From: an uncultured delta proteobacterium
GTDB lineage: Bacteria; Desulfobacterota; Binatia; UBA9968
NCBI GenBank assembly: GCA_963745835.1
Contig: CAVUZH010000003.1
Location: forward strand, 1,056,001-1,120,000
DNA length: 64,000 nucleotides
Reading direction: 5' to 3'
Shown here: piece after piece, positions 10,042 through 19,611 of the stretch
How the letters are laid out: each line of letters starts with the position of its first letter
Numbering within the stretch: the stretch's first letter is position 1
Program-made: the position numbers and the translations under genes
Notes under the pieces: model-generated
What the model was told of the DNA's origin: nothing
Databases searched by the model: none
The model's input: the letters and a program-made list of their open reading frames with translations, nothing else

Positions 10042-11198
10042 TGCGTCGATTCAATGGGCGAAAACAAATTGTGATATTGGGCGGCGGGTGTGGCGGTGTG
10101 GTTGCCGCGACTCAGCTCGGCAGGAAATTAGGCGCCGACCATGATATTATTCTCATTGACCGCCGCGCTGATCACGTCTTTATGCCCGCATTTCTGTTCC
10201 TGATGACCGGCGACCGACAGCCGCAAGAGATTTGTCGTAGCCTCAGTGCGCTGAAGAAGCGCAACGTTAAAGTGATTCAATCCGAAATTCTCGACATCGA
10301 TCCTGTAGCTCAAAAGGTCAACCTTCCCAAAGAAAAGATCAATTACGACTATTTGATTGTTTCCTTAGGGTTGCAGACAAGACCGGACTTGGTGAGCGGC
10401 TTTAGTGAAGCCTCGCTCCATCCTTGGGAAATGGAATCGGCTCTCAGGCTTCGGCATGCGCTGTCTGAGTTTCGCGGTGGAAGGGTCGTCGTCGGTGTGC
10501 CTTTGGGGCCATACCGCTGCCCGCCAGCGCCGTACGAGGCGCAGTGGATGTTGGACGGCTATTTTAGCCAGCGCGGTATTCGCGATCGTGTACAGATAGA
10601 TTATTTTACCCGGGACCCTGAGCCGGCCGGCGAAGCCCACGATCCGGTAGTTTGGATGGATGCCGAAAGTAGAAGGCGCAAAATTGATATCCACTACGAC
10701 TTTGTCGTGCGCTCCATTGATCCGGTGAAGAGACAAATTAATGGACTCTATAACTATAATCTTCCCTACGATCTTTTGGTGATGGTTCCGCCGCACCGTC
10801 CCGCGCAAGTTCTCCTCGACTGTGGATTGGCAGAAGCCGAAACTGGTATACGAGTAGACTACGAGACGCTGCAAACGAAATGGGAAAACGTCTTTGCGAT
10901 CGGCGATTGCGCCGATATGCCGGCTTCGAAAGCGGGAGGTGTTGCCCACCAAGAAGCTGACGTGTTGGCGCACAATTTAGCTGTAGAAATCACGGGAAAG
11001 GGAAGACCGGTAGATCTCTGGCTGCATACAATATGACTGCTTGCCTTCGGCGCTGGACGCGCCGCTGCTAATAGAACAACTTACCCCACTGGATGGCCGC
11101 CTTACGGGGTCACCTATCCCCGAACATGGGGACCCAATCGACTGATTTATTGGGCTAAAATTGGCTTTGAAAAATGGTGGTTGTGGCGATACTTCTAA
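10041..11198 (+). CDS. Sulfide:quinone oxidoreductase-like FAD protein, candidate selenoprotein (Sec332 at TGA 11034-11036; 385 aa)
   Basis: GGGCGG, YDYLIVSLG, YRCPPAPYE (C160), VFAIGD. After the TGA the frame continues LLAFGAGRAA...YWAKIGFEKWWLWRYF to TAA 11196-11198. Confidence 0.85.
11037..11068 (+). promoter_or_regulatory. Bacterial SECIS-like hairpin
   Basis: CGGCGC (11048-53), loop UGGAC, GCGCCG (11059-64). The loop starts 17 nt after the UGA and has G at position 2. Confidence 0.7.
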
Positions 11199-11281
11199 GT
11201 CTAGAGTTTATTTCAGAATCAGCCCATTATCCAGCGGAGCAAATCAATCGACGGCGTCTTAGACGCGCTCATCAACGTTCC

Positions 11282-11310
11282 TTGTGGCACAACTAGAGGC
11301 AATCTATAGT
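11282..11310 (+). promoter_or_regulatory. Sigma70-like promoter in front of the tRNA remnant
   Basis: TTGTGG-17 nt-TATAGT; the -10 box sits inside the inverted repeat GGCAATC-N6-GATTGCC. Confidence 0.4.
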
Positions 11311-11332
11311 GATTGCCAGGAGTATTAATAGC

Positions 11333-11373
11333 CGCCGGAGTAGAGCAGCCAGGGGCAGGGGGCCCCCCAACAA
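11333..11373 (+). pseudogene. Collapsed initiator tRNA-Met-like remnant
   Basis: 5' CGCCGGAGTAGAGCAGCCAGG resembles the tRNA-fMet acceptor/D arm. GCAGG and GCCCCCCAACAA resemble the T stem and 3' end. Anticodon arm and T loop are absent. Confidence 0.5.
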
Positions 11374-11397
11374 ATCAAAAATTGAGCTATACGCAAA

Positions 11398-11425
11398 AGT
11401 TTACATAATATATCTTATCAGACGT
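11398..11425 (-). other. dif: dif site (XerC/XerD recombination site)
   Basis: Minus strand ACGTCTGATAA-GATATA-TTATGTAAACT has the 11-6-11 architecture with an XerD arm close to TTATGTTAAAT. It is intergenic and the flanking operons converge on it. Confidence 0.85.
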
Positions 11426-11724
11426 TATGTACGAAGCGCGTCTATCGCATAGCACACTGAAACGGTTCACCTCGGGTGATCCGCTTTAAGACCGGTGAAC
11501 CACGCCATCCTGAAAAATAGGCACTTAGCACCACGCCGGTCCTTCCTCATCATTCCGGTAAAAAACTGCGGATCGCGATCACTCACGATTCTACTAACAT
11601 CGTAGCGATTCGAGTGTTGTGAGATTTGTCTGCGAGACAAAACGCGCGATAGTGAGCGGATCTGAATTGGTAAATTCGCACGGGGCTTATGGTGAATTGC
11701 TTTTACGGCGGCTGAGTCCGTCAA

Positions 11725-12420
11725 CTATTTAACGGCTGGGTCCGGCTGAGTCTTGGCTTGCATTTCAGCAACTTGCAGCATGAGACGTGCGGCAATTGGT
11801 GAGTTAGGGTTTTCTTTGATGTACTGCTGATATGCAACAATGGCAGATTTGTTGTCACCGACAACCGTATAACACCGTGCCTTTCCAAGCACGGCGGATT
11901 CTTTCAGAGCTCCGGTAATCCGTTCAGCTTCGGTATAGTGCTGAATTGCGCCGGCGCATTGGTTTTTCAGTTCTTGTATGTGTCCAAGGGTCATCAAACC
12001 TATCTGTCGATAAACGGAGTTCTGATCGGTGGAAGCGATGAAACGCTGGGCCGCGGCGGCCGCTTTGTCCAGATCGTTTGTAGCTAGATGACTGTTGGCC
12101 TCGTAGAGATGCGCCAGAGCGGCATAATGAGACCAACGATACTCTTCGACTTTTTCAAATTCCAGAATGGCTTCGTTGTGTTTATTGGCGCGAAAAAACG
12201 TGATCGCCCTATCGAAATGCTGGGCTGCTTCCTGGTTTTGGCGGCTCTTATAAACCTGCCAAAGCGAAATCCCGATGATCACTGCCATGATCAAAGCACC
12301 AGCTATAATAAAAAGCCGACGTTTTTGTTGAACGAAACTCAAGGCCCGCTGGGTGAACAGCACGAAGTTGTCGGGTTGCCGGAGTTCCTTACGTGAAAAG
12401 TGCTTAGCGCTGGTCGCCAT
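11725..12420 (-). CDS. YfgM-like TPR membrane protein
   Basis: SRKELRQPD N-terminus, single TM, TPR-like helices. Confidence 0.8.
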   Translation of the reverse strand: MATSAKHFSRKELRQPDNFVLFTQRALSFVQQKRRLFIIAGALIMAVIIGISLWQVYKSRQNQEAAQHFDRAITFFRANKHNEAILEFEKVEEYRWSHYAALAHLYEANSHLATNDLDKAAAAAQRFIASTDQNSVYRQIGLMTLGHIQELKNQCAGAIQHYTEAERITGALKESAVLGKARCYTVVGDNKSAIVAYQQYIKENPNSPIAARLMLQVAEMQAKTQPDPAVK

Positions 12421-12477
12421 AGCTTCTGATCTGCGTCGAAGGGAAAAGATTGACTGTCACAGGCAGGTTAAGAGCTT

Positions 12478-13005
12478 CTACATCTTGTATTTGAAATCAT
12501 CGGGCGTCATCTTCTCTAAGATCTCTGCCCACTTTTCTTGGGAGACGTTTGAGACGTTTTCGACCGGAGGTTCCTTCCCTTCTTCGTTCTGTTGAAGAAT
12601 GCTGGAGGCTTCGAGAACTGCCTTGGCGACGAAAATCGGGCTTTTGGTGCGCAGAGCTAACGCGATCGCATCGCTGGGACGGGAGTCGATAACCACCTGA
12701 CGGCCTGAAATGTTTAAATACACCAACGCAAAGTAGGTATTTTCCTTAAGATCAGTGATTTCGATAGAGTCAACCGCGCAACCGACTTCGCCGAGAATAT
12801 TTTTGATCAGGTCATGAGTCATTGGCCGGGCCATCTTGATTCCTTCGATTTCCGTCGCCATGGCTGTGGCCTCCAGTAAACCGATCCAGATGGGCAGATT
12901 CAGTTTGTTATCGGTGTCTTTTAAAATGACAATGGGAGTTTTGGTCACTGGGTCGAGTGTTAGCCCACCCACGGACATCTGTATTGCGTCATCCCGTTTT
13001 GTCAT
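12478..13005 (-). CDS. Bifunctional nuclease family protein (DUF151)
   Basis: LPIWIG, RPMTHDL, IDSRPSDAIALALR. Confidence 0.95.
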   Translation of the reverse strand: MTKRDDAIQMSVGGLTLDPVTKTPIVILKDTDNKLNLPIWIGLLEATAMATEIEGIKMARPMTHDLIKNILGEVGCAVDSIEITDLKENTYFALVYLNISGRQVVIDSRPSDAIALALRTKSPIFVAKAVLEASSILQQNEEGKEPPVENVSNVSQEKWAEILEKMTPDDFKYKM

Positions 13006-14363
13006 ACCATTTCCCCCTGCGCTTGGATTTCTGAAGCTGCTTCTTCAATGGTGAGTTCTCCGATCAACGAGTTAACAGTTGCAGCGATGATCCGTGCGTT
13101 TACCATCTCGCCGATCAGATTCCCACGCCCTACAATGTTAACGATTCGATTGCTTCGCGTGCGTCCCATTACTTGCGCTCTATTGCGCGAATGGCCGTCA
13201 ATCAATACTTCTTCGATCCGTCCGATTTTTTGCTTGTTTTTTCTTAAAGAAATTTCCTGCTGAACATTCTGCACTTGCTTCAGCCGCTCTTTCTTCTTTT
13301 CTTCTAGGACGTCGTCGTTGTAAAGCTTTGCCGATACAGTCTGGATGCGCGGCGAGTACATGAACGAGTAAATCTCATCATACTCCACTTGACTCAGCAA
13401 TTCTAGGGTTCTTTCAAAATCGTCATCGGTTTCGCCCGGAAATCCGACAATGATGTCCGTGCTCAAGGCCACTTCAGGGGAACGTTGTCGCAAGCGATCA
13501 ATACGACCGAGATACTCACTGCGCGTATAACCGCGACGCATTCTCACGAGCACGCTATCGGAACCGGATTGAACAGGCAAATGAAGATGTTCGCAAACTT
13601 TACCCAGAGTAGCGTAGGCCTCGATCAGGTCCTCCGACAAATCTTGCGGGTGAGAAGTTGTAAATCGAATCCGTGAAAGTCCTTCAACTGCATCAACGCG
13701 CTGAAGAAGTTCCGCAAAGTGGATTTCCCCGGCAGATGTCTTACCATAAGAGTTCACGTTCTGACCAAGCAGCATCACTTCTTTGACGCCCTGAGTAGTC
13801 AGTGATTTAATTTCGGCGATAATTTTTTCGCTCGGCCGGCTCACTTCGCGACCACGAACGTGCGGAACGATGCAGAAGCTGCATACTTTATTGCAACCCT
13901 GCATGATGGTAACGAACGCTTTTGCGCCATGTACGTGAGTCCTGCCGTCGGGATCTTCCATGTAGGAAGGATCCCGGTAAAAAGCGATTTCGACTGGACG
14001 GGCGTGAGCCGACTCTACTTGTTCGATCATCTCGGGTAGCTTGTGGATATTGTGGGTGCCGAAAACGAGATCTAAATGAGCAATGCGCTTGAGAAGCCGG
14101 TCTCCTTCTTGTTGAGCAACGCAACCGCCGACTCCTATAATGAGATCTGATTTCTGCTGTTTGATTTCACGCCAGCTCCCGAGGGCGCTGTAAACCTTTT
14201 GCTCCGCCTTATCGCGCACGCTGCAGGTATTTAATAGAAGCAAATCCGCATTTGCGGGTTCGTCGGTCAGCATGTAATTTGCCCGGCCCATGACCTGCGC
14301 GATCCGTTCTGAATCATATTGATTCATCTGGCAACCGTAGGTCTGGATATACATTTTCTTCAT
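13002..14363 (-). CDS. miaB: tRNA-2-methylthio-N6-dimethylallyladenosine synthase
   Basis: TYGCQMN, NTCSVRDKAEQK, CNKVCSFC radical SAM motif, FTTSHP, C-terminal TRAM domain. Confidence 0.97.
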   Translation of the reverse strand: MKKMYIQTYGCQMNQYDSERIAQVMGRANYMLTDEPANADLLLLNTCSVRDKAEQKVYSALGSWREIKQQKSDLIIGVGGCVAQQEGDRLLKRIAHLDLVFGTHNIHKLPEMIEQVESAHARPVEIAFYRDPSYMEDPDGRTHVHGAKAFVTIMQGCNKVCSFCIVPHVRGREVSRPSEKIIAEIKSLTTQGVKEVMLLGQNVNSYGKTSAGEIHFAELLQRVDAVEGLSRIRFTTSHPQDLSEDLIEAYATLGKVCEHLHLPVQSGSDSVLVRMRRGYTRSEYLGRIDRLRQRSPEVALSTDIIVGFPGETDDDFERTLELLSQVEYDEIYSFMYSPRIQTVSAKLYNDDVLEEKKKERLKQVQNVQQEISLRKNKQKIGRIEEVLIDGHSRNRAQVMGRTRSNRIVNIVGRGNLIGEMVNARIIAATVNSLIGELTIEEAASEIQAQGEMV

Positions 14364-15781
14364 GGCGCGATGGCTTCAATGAGGTTGTAAAGTTGGCCGA
14401 TGTTACGGCACTCCTCCGCAACCTTACAGTAGGGAGCGTAACGTGACATTTCACTGTCGCCCACTCCCCAGGTCATCCTACTTTCAGGATTGAGCCAAAT
14501 CAGTTGCTTGGCCTTCTGCTGGATTTCTCGTAACACCCATTCGGCCGGACGATTATAATTGTTACGGCCATCGCCGATGATCAAAACCGTGGTCTTATTG
14601 GTGACGGCCGAAAAATATTCATTGTAGAACAGCTCAAAGGCGCGGCCGAAGTTGGAGTGCGAGTAAACATCGATGACATTTCCCGTGAGAGCCATTTCGA
14701 TGGCCTTGTGAATATCGTATTCTTCAAAGAGCTGAGTCACCTCTCCGATATCGCTGACGAATACAAAGCTTCGCACCTTTGAATAGAGATCCTGAATAGA
14801 ATAAACAAATTGCAGCATAAAGCGTGACGCGTTCAAGACAGAATCGGAAATGTCGCACAAGACCACGACCTGAGGCTTGGTTTTCGTTCGGCGGTCCAAT
14901 TGGATATGAAAAGGCACTCCACCAAATTGAAGATTTTTGCGCAGCGTTTCGTTTAAGTCGAATCGCCCGCGAGCAGCATTCTTACGCCGGACAGAGAGCC
15001 TATTCTTAAATCGCTGAGCCAGTCGTGTAACCGCCTCGTTCATCCGTTGAATGTCGTCTTCGCTATAGAAGCTGAAGCTCTTCTCCGCCAGTGACACCAA
15101 TCGATTTCGATCCGAACCGTCCATTCCGCGCTTTCGCTGTTCCTGCTGGATGATCTCGCGGAGCATCCCGTATAAGTCCTTGAGGCGCTGGTCAAGATAG
15201 CGACTAACCAATTCCGAGCTGTCGCCGCTTTGCGTCAGCATCTGTAAATGACTCTTAAGCCGTTCGATTTCATCCTGAAGCCTGTCGAGCTCAAGGTTGG
15301 ATGCGATCTTAGTAAACGGTGTGAAGCGAAAACTCTGATTGAACCCTCGTTCCGCTTCGGCGACAACTGCGTGCCGCAACAAGCGCTCCAGCTCTCCCTT
15401 GTTGCCGCTAAGCAGAGCTCGGGTTAGATCGGACAGCTCCCCTTCCATTTGCTTGAGGAACCTATCGATGCGGTCGAGCAGCTCTTGAAACTCCTGGGGT
15501 GACAAACCGAGCTGCTCCATCAACTGTTGGTCCGCCTGATTAAGGGATCGGCCGATACCCAAAAAGAACAAATCGAATAGTTCATCAAACGGCCGCAAAT
15601 CAATCGCGCGTTTTACCAGCGTGGTTCGGAGGGCGGCGCGAAACTGTGACAAATCTTCAATGCCCAGCAAATCGATGGCGCGAAATGCGTCGATATTCTC
15701 CGACAATGACACGCGCACGCCATTGCGCCTGAGGACGTTCGCAAATTCGATGATCTGGTCCTGCATTGAGTAACCTAGCAT
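14360..15781 (-). CDS. VWA domain protein (CoxE-like)
   Basis: MIDAS CDISDSV, GDGRNNY, WLNPE. Confidence 0.9.
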   Translation of the reverse strand: MLGYSMQDQIIEFANVLRRNGVRVSLSENIDAFRAIDLLGIEDLSQFRAALRTTLVKRAIDLRPFDELFDLFFLGIGRSLNQADQQLMEQLGLSPQEFQELLDRIDRFLKQMEGELSDLTRALLSGNKGELERLLRHAVVAEAERGFNQSFRFTPFTKIASNLELDRLQDEIERLKSHLQMLTQSGDSSELVSRYLDQRLKDLYGMLREIIQQEQRKRGMDGSDRNRLVSLAEKSFSFYSEDDIQRMNEAVTRLAQRFKNRLSVRRKNAARGRFDLNETLRKNLQFGGVPFHIQLDRRTKTKPQVVVLCDISDSVLNASRFMLQFVYSIQDLYSKVRSFVFVSDIGEVTQLFEEYDIHKAIEMALTGNVIDVYSHSNFGRAFELFYNEYFSAVTNKTTVLIIGDGRNNYNRPAEWVLREIQQKAKQLIWLNPESRMTWGVGDSEMSRYAPYCKVAEECRNIGQLYNLIEAIAP

Positions 15782-16741
15782 TTAATGCAGATGATCTTTG
15801 TCATCTTGGGGTTTGGCGCCCGAAATAGCGCGGCGCTCCGCCAAGTAGCTTTGTAATTCTTGCTGCGCCTTCCGGATATCGGCTTCATACTTCACGAGAG
15901 TCGATAGAGTTGCATTCACCAGTTCGTCATCCAGCGATCTAACGTTCAGTAAAGTTAGAGCTTTGACCCAGTCGAGAGTTTCGCTGATACTCGGGGTTTT
16001 TTTCAGGTCGAGCTTGCGAATACGTTGGATCAGCTGAATTACGTTCTGCGTCAATTTGTAATCGATTCCAGGAACTTTGAGGTTGACGATCTCGGCTTCC
16101 CGTTGGGCGTCGGGAAAATCGATATGAAGATGCAGACAACGGCGTTTAAGAGCGTCGGACATCTCACGGCTGCTGTTACTGGTGAGCACGACCAGCGGAA
16201 TGTGTTTGGCCTTCAGGGTGCCGATCTCGGGCACACTGATCTGAAAATCACTCAAAACCTCGAGCAAGAACGCCTCGAATTCAGCGTCAGACTTATCCAC
16301 TTCGTCGATCAGTAAAACGCTGCGTTTATCGGATAAAATCGCGCGCAGCAACGGACGCGGCAGCAAAAACCGATCGGAAAAGAAGACACCGTCCTGGCTG
16401 GCAATGCGGTCAACCGCCTGTTGCAGAGTTTTAGCTTCCTGCAAGACTTCGCCGATCTTGTCCTTGAGAATCTGGGTATATAGTAATTGCTTTGCGTATT
16501 CCCATTCGTAGAGCGCTTTCGCTTCATCTAAGCCTTCGTAGCATTGCAATCGGATGAGATCTAACCCCAATGAGCCCGCTAAAACTTTACCAAGCTCGGT
16601 CTTACCGACACCGGCTGGACCTTCGACTAGAATCGGTTTCTGCAGGCAGATACCAAGATACACGACCGTGGCTAAATTCTTGTTACAGATATAGTTTTGA
16701 GCGCCAAAACCAGCGATGACCTGATCCACAGACTGAAACAT
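15782..16741 (-). CDS. MoxR family AAA+ ATPase (CoxD-like)
   Basis: GPAGVGKT, RLQCYEGLD, LLIDEVDK, SDALKRRC. Confidence 0.95.
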   Translation of the reverse strand: MFQSVDQVIAGFGAQNYICNKNLATVVYLGICLQKPILVEGPAGVGKTELGKVLAGSLGLDLIRLQCYEGLDEAKALYEWEYAKQLLYTQILKDKIGEVLQEAKTLQQAVDRIASQDGVFFSDRFLLPRPLLRAILSDKRSVLLIDEVDKSDAEFEAFLLEVLSDFQISVPEIGTLKAKHIPLVVLTSNSSREMSDALKRRCLHLHIDFPDAQREAEIVNLKVPGIDYKLTQNVIQLIQRIRKLDLKKTPSISETLDWVKALTLLNVRSLDDELVNATLSTLVKYEADIRKAQQELQSYLAERRAISGAKPQDDKDHLH

Positions 16742-16846
16742 GAAAACCTCTCAATCCTCAGAACGCTAACACAATTGCAATATGACAACAAATCTCGCGG
16801 TTTGAAGTTTCGTGTTAGATTTCTTACCCTTCTGTGAATTGCCAGC

Positions 16847-17611
16847 ATGTGCACTTTAGCGCTCTATTTCAAAGTGTTTTCGGGTTACTCAATGGTTGTC
16901 GCAGCCAACCGGGACGAGCACTATGACCGGCCGTCGGCGCCGCCGTCGATCATCGGCGGTTCACCAACGATTGTCGCCGGTCGCGATTTGCGGGCCGGTG
17001 GCACCTGGCTAGGAATCAATGAATATGGTTTGCTCGTCGGCATTCTCAATCGCCGGCAGCAGCCGGGTCCGGTTGCACACGCTGCATACCGGTCGCGGGG
17101 TTTGTTGTGTCTCGAGCTTCTTCGTCTAAGACAAGTCGCTGAGCTCGATCAAGTTTTTCTAGATCTGGCTCCAGGCGATTATCAGCCGTTCACAGTAGTC
17201 TGTGCCGATACGGATCGCGCGTGCGTTGCCTACAACACCGATCAAACTATTGAGCGAATCGAGCTTTCTGATGGGCTTCACGTTTTCAGCAACAGCTTCG
17301 AATTTGGCGCTCCCTCTGAAAAAGTTGATCGAGTCTACCAACTTTTTCTCAAGCTGTCGGAAGACTGTGATCGTCAATTTAGCGCCGGAGCTTATCTCAA
17401 TGCCGCAGCTAAAGCGCTCGGCGACCATGCATTTAGCGATCACTTAAATGACCCCAGGGATGCTGTTTGTGTTCACGGCGATATCTCCGGGACTGTTTCT
17501 TCCAGCATCATCTTTTTTTTGGATGCCGAGCGGCAGTTTCAAATGCATTACTGCGTCGGCGCCCCTTGTCAAAATCCTTTTAGCCTATACTCGACTTTGG
17601 ACGTGCGGTGA
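16847..17611 (+). CDS. NRDE/TANGO2 family protein
   Basis: MC start, ANRDE, GGTWLG, SRG, GTVSS. Confidence 0.93.
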   Translation: MCTLALYFKVFSGYSMVVAANRDEHYDRPSAPPSIIGGSPTIVAGRDLRAGGTWLGINEYGLLVGILNRRQQPGPVAHAAYRSRGLLCLELLRLRQVAELDQVFLDLAPGDYQPFTVVCADTDRACVAYNTDQTIERIELSDGLHVFSNSFEFGAPSEKVDRVYQLFLKLSEDCDRQFSAGAYLNAAAKALGDHAFSDHLNDPRDAVCVHGDISGTVSSSIIFFLDAERQFQMHYCVGAPCQNPFSLYSTLDVR

Positions 17612-18333
17612 TCGAAACAGCTCAAGCAAAACAGGCTGGAACGGTGATCCTACTGCGGCCGGGACAGTCTGGAGGGATGGAAGTGCTGTTGACGCGCCGA
17701 CCTGACCAGATGGCCTTTCTTGGTGGGATGTACTGCTTTCCCGGCGGCACGCTGCAAAAGGAGGACTTCTCCAGTCGAATCCTCCGCCGGTGTCACGGCC
17801 TCTCCCCCACTGCCGCCCGAAAGATCATCGGTGCTCACTTCAGTCCGCAAGAAGCGCTGGGACTATGGGTCGCGGCCATCCGAGAATTATTCGAAGAGAT
17901 CGGAGTTTTGCTGGCTATTACAACAGATGGGACAATTGCGGCGATGGATCGCGACCTGAACCGCTCGCTTGTGGAAAAACACACGGCTCTGCTCAGCCGA
18001 CGCTTGAGTTTCGCCGCCTTGCTTGAAGCCGGGAACTTACGCTGTGATACAACCCAATTAGCCTATTTTTCACACTGGCGGACGCCGTCACAGTTTCAGG
18101 TGCGTTTCGACACGCGTTTTTTCCTCGCCGCCGTGCCAGCGGAACATTCGCCTCTGGCGTCTTCTCCTGAAGTTGCCGATACTCTTTGGCTTACCCCCGA
18201 TGACGCTCTACAACGATTTACCCGAGGCACTTTGCCGATGATCTTTCCGACATTTGCATCGTTACGAACCCTAGCGGACTTCGATTCTTTGGAGAGCCTG
18301 TTTGCAGAATTCACGCCGGCAAAGAGTGGGTGA
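17608..18333 (+). CDS. NUDIX hydrolase (Nudt19-like)
   Basis: FPGG...AAIRELFEEIG, HWRTP, RFDTRFF, MIFPT. Confidence 0.9.
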   Translation: MIETAQAKQAGTVILLRPGQSGGMEVLLTRRPDQMAFLGGMYCFPGGTLQKEDFSSRILRRCHGLSPTAARKIIGAHFSPQEALGLWVAAIRELFEEIGVLLAITTDGTIAAMDRDLNRSLVEKHTALLSRRLSFAALLEAGNLRCDTTQLAYFSHWRTPSQFQVRFDTRFFLAAVPAEHSPLASSPEVADTLWLTPDDALQRFTRGTLPMIFPTFASLRTLADFDSLESLFAEFTPAKSG

Positions 18334-18462
18334 GCTCACTAACAACCTATCAAGCAGCCGCTTAGAGCAGTAACGTACGGTTATACTAACTGAAAATAAT
18401 GCGCGGCGGTACTGATCGTCGCGGTCATCAGCCAGCCTCACAGGAGCTTCGCATCGTGATCG

Positions 18463-19611
18463 TTATTTGTCGCCGAGCCGTTCGCGAGCGTGTAGAACGC
18501 GCTCCACGGCTACATCTGCACTGGGCGCTAAAGCAGTTAAATGGCCCATCTTTCTGCCGGGACGAACTTGGTCCTTGCCATACAAATGCAATTTGACATC
18601 CGGACAACGCGCCGCGGCGGCCCAATTGGGCTCTCCGTCTCGCCAGAGATCCCCCAAGAGATTTGCCATCGCCGACGCTGCTAGAAAATCCGTCGCTCCT
18701 AGAGGCAAGCCGCACACCGCGCGCAGCTGCTGCTCAAATTGGCTGGTCAGGGCCGCGTTGATGGTTAAATGCCCTGAGTTGTGCGGGCGTGGCGCAAGCT
18801 CGTTAATGAAAATTCTTTGGTCGCGACTAAGAAAGAATTCGATGCACAGGACGCCTACCACATCGAGTGTCTCGAGCAGGTTTCTGGCAATCTCCACAGC
18901 CTCAATGCTCGTTGCTTGAGGCACACGCGCCGGTGCAAATGATAAATCCAAAATATGATTCCGGTGGGTGTTCTCGATCAGCCCCCAGTGTGAAAAAGTG
19001 CCGTCATGACCGCGGGCGGCGACAATCGAAAATTCCAATTCAAAATCTACGAAGGCTTCCAGGATCTTTTCCTGACTCCCTGTAGCCGCGAAACCGGCTT
19101 CGGCATCGGCGGGGTTGGCCAACCGGACCTGTCCCTTTCCGTCATATCCGGCCACTGCGGTTTTCAAAATTGCCGGACAGCCGATTTGCTCGACAGCCGA
19201 GCGCAGCTCATCGAGCGAATTCACCGGCCTGAAAGGAGCGACCGGGAAGCCGTTTCGTTTCAGAAAAGATTTCTCGCGCAAGCGATGCTGTGCAATGTTC
19301 AGTACTGAACCCGATGGTCGTACCGGAGCGAATTGCGCCGCTGCCTCGACCGCGAGCGCCGGGACGTTCTCAAACTCGAATGTCAGCACGTGAACCTTTT
19401 TAGCAAACTCTCTGATGGCATCGAGATCGTGATAAGGCGCGGTGATTTCAACGTCGGCAACCTGACCGGTGGGAGTATCCGTTTCCGGAGAAAACGTGTG
19501 CACCCGGTAGCCCATCTGCCGCGCGGCGATGGCAAACATCCGGCCCAATTGACCGCTACCGAGGACGCCGATGACGGCGCCCGGCAGGATCGGCGCCAAT
19601 GAATCTCTCAC
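18463..19611 (-). CDS. purK: N5-carboxyaminoimidazole ribonucleotide synthase
   Basis: [38 protein letters not shown]. Confidence 0.97.
   Translation of the reverse strand: MRDSLAPILPGAVIGVLGSGQLGRMFAIAARQMGYRVHTFSPETDTPTGQVADVEITAPYHDLDAIREFAKKVHVLTFEFENVPALAVEAAAQFAPVRPSGSVLNIAQHRLREKSFLKRNGFPVAPFRPVNSLDELRSAVEQIGCPAILKTAVAGYDGKGQVRLANPADAEAGFAATGSQEKILEAFVDFELEFSIVAARGHDGTFSHWGLIENTHRNHILDLSFAPARVPQATSIEAVEIARNLLETLDVVGVLCIEFFLSRDQRIFINELAPRPHNSGHLTINAALTSQFEQQLRAVCGLPLGATDFLAASAMANLLGDLWRDGEPNWAAAARCPDVKLHLYGKDQVRPGRKMGHLTALAPSADVAVERVLHARERLGDK

Noticed and set aside
11333-11373. tRNA-Sec next to the selenoprotein candidate
   Set aside because: Too short, no UCA anticodon arm or long variable arm; it resembles tRNA-fMet instead.
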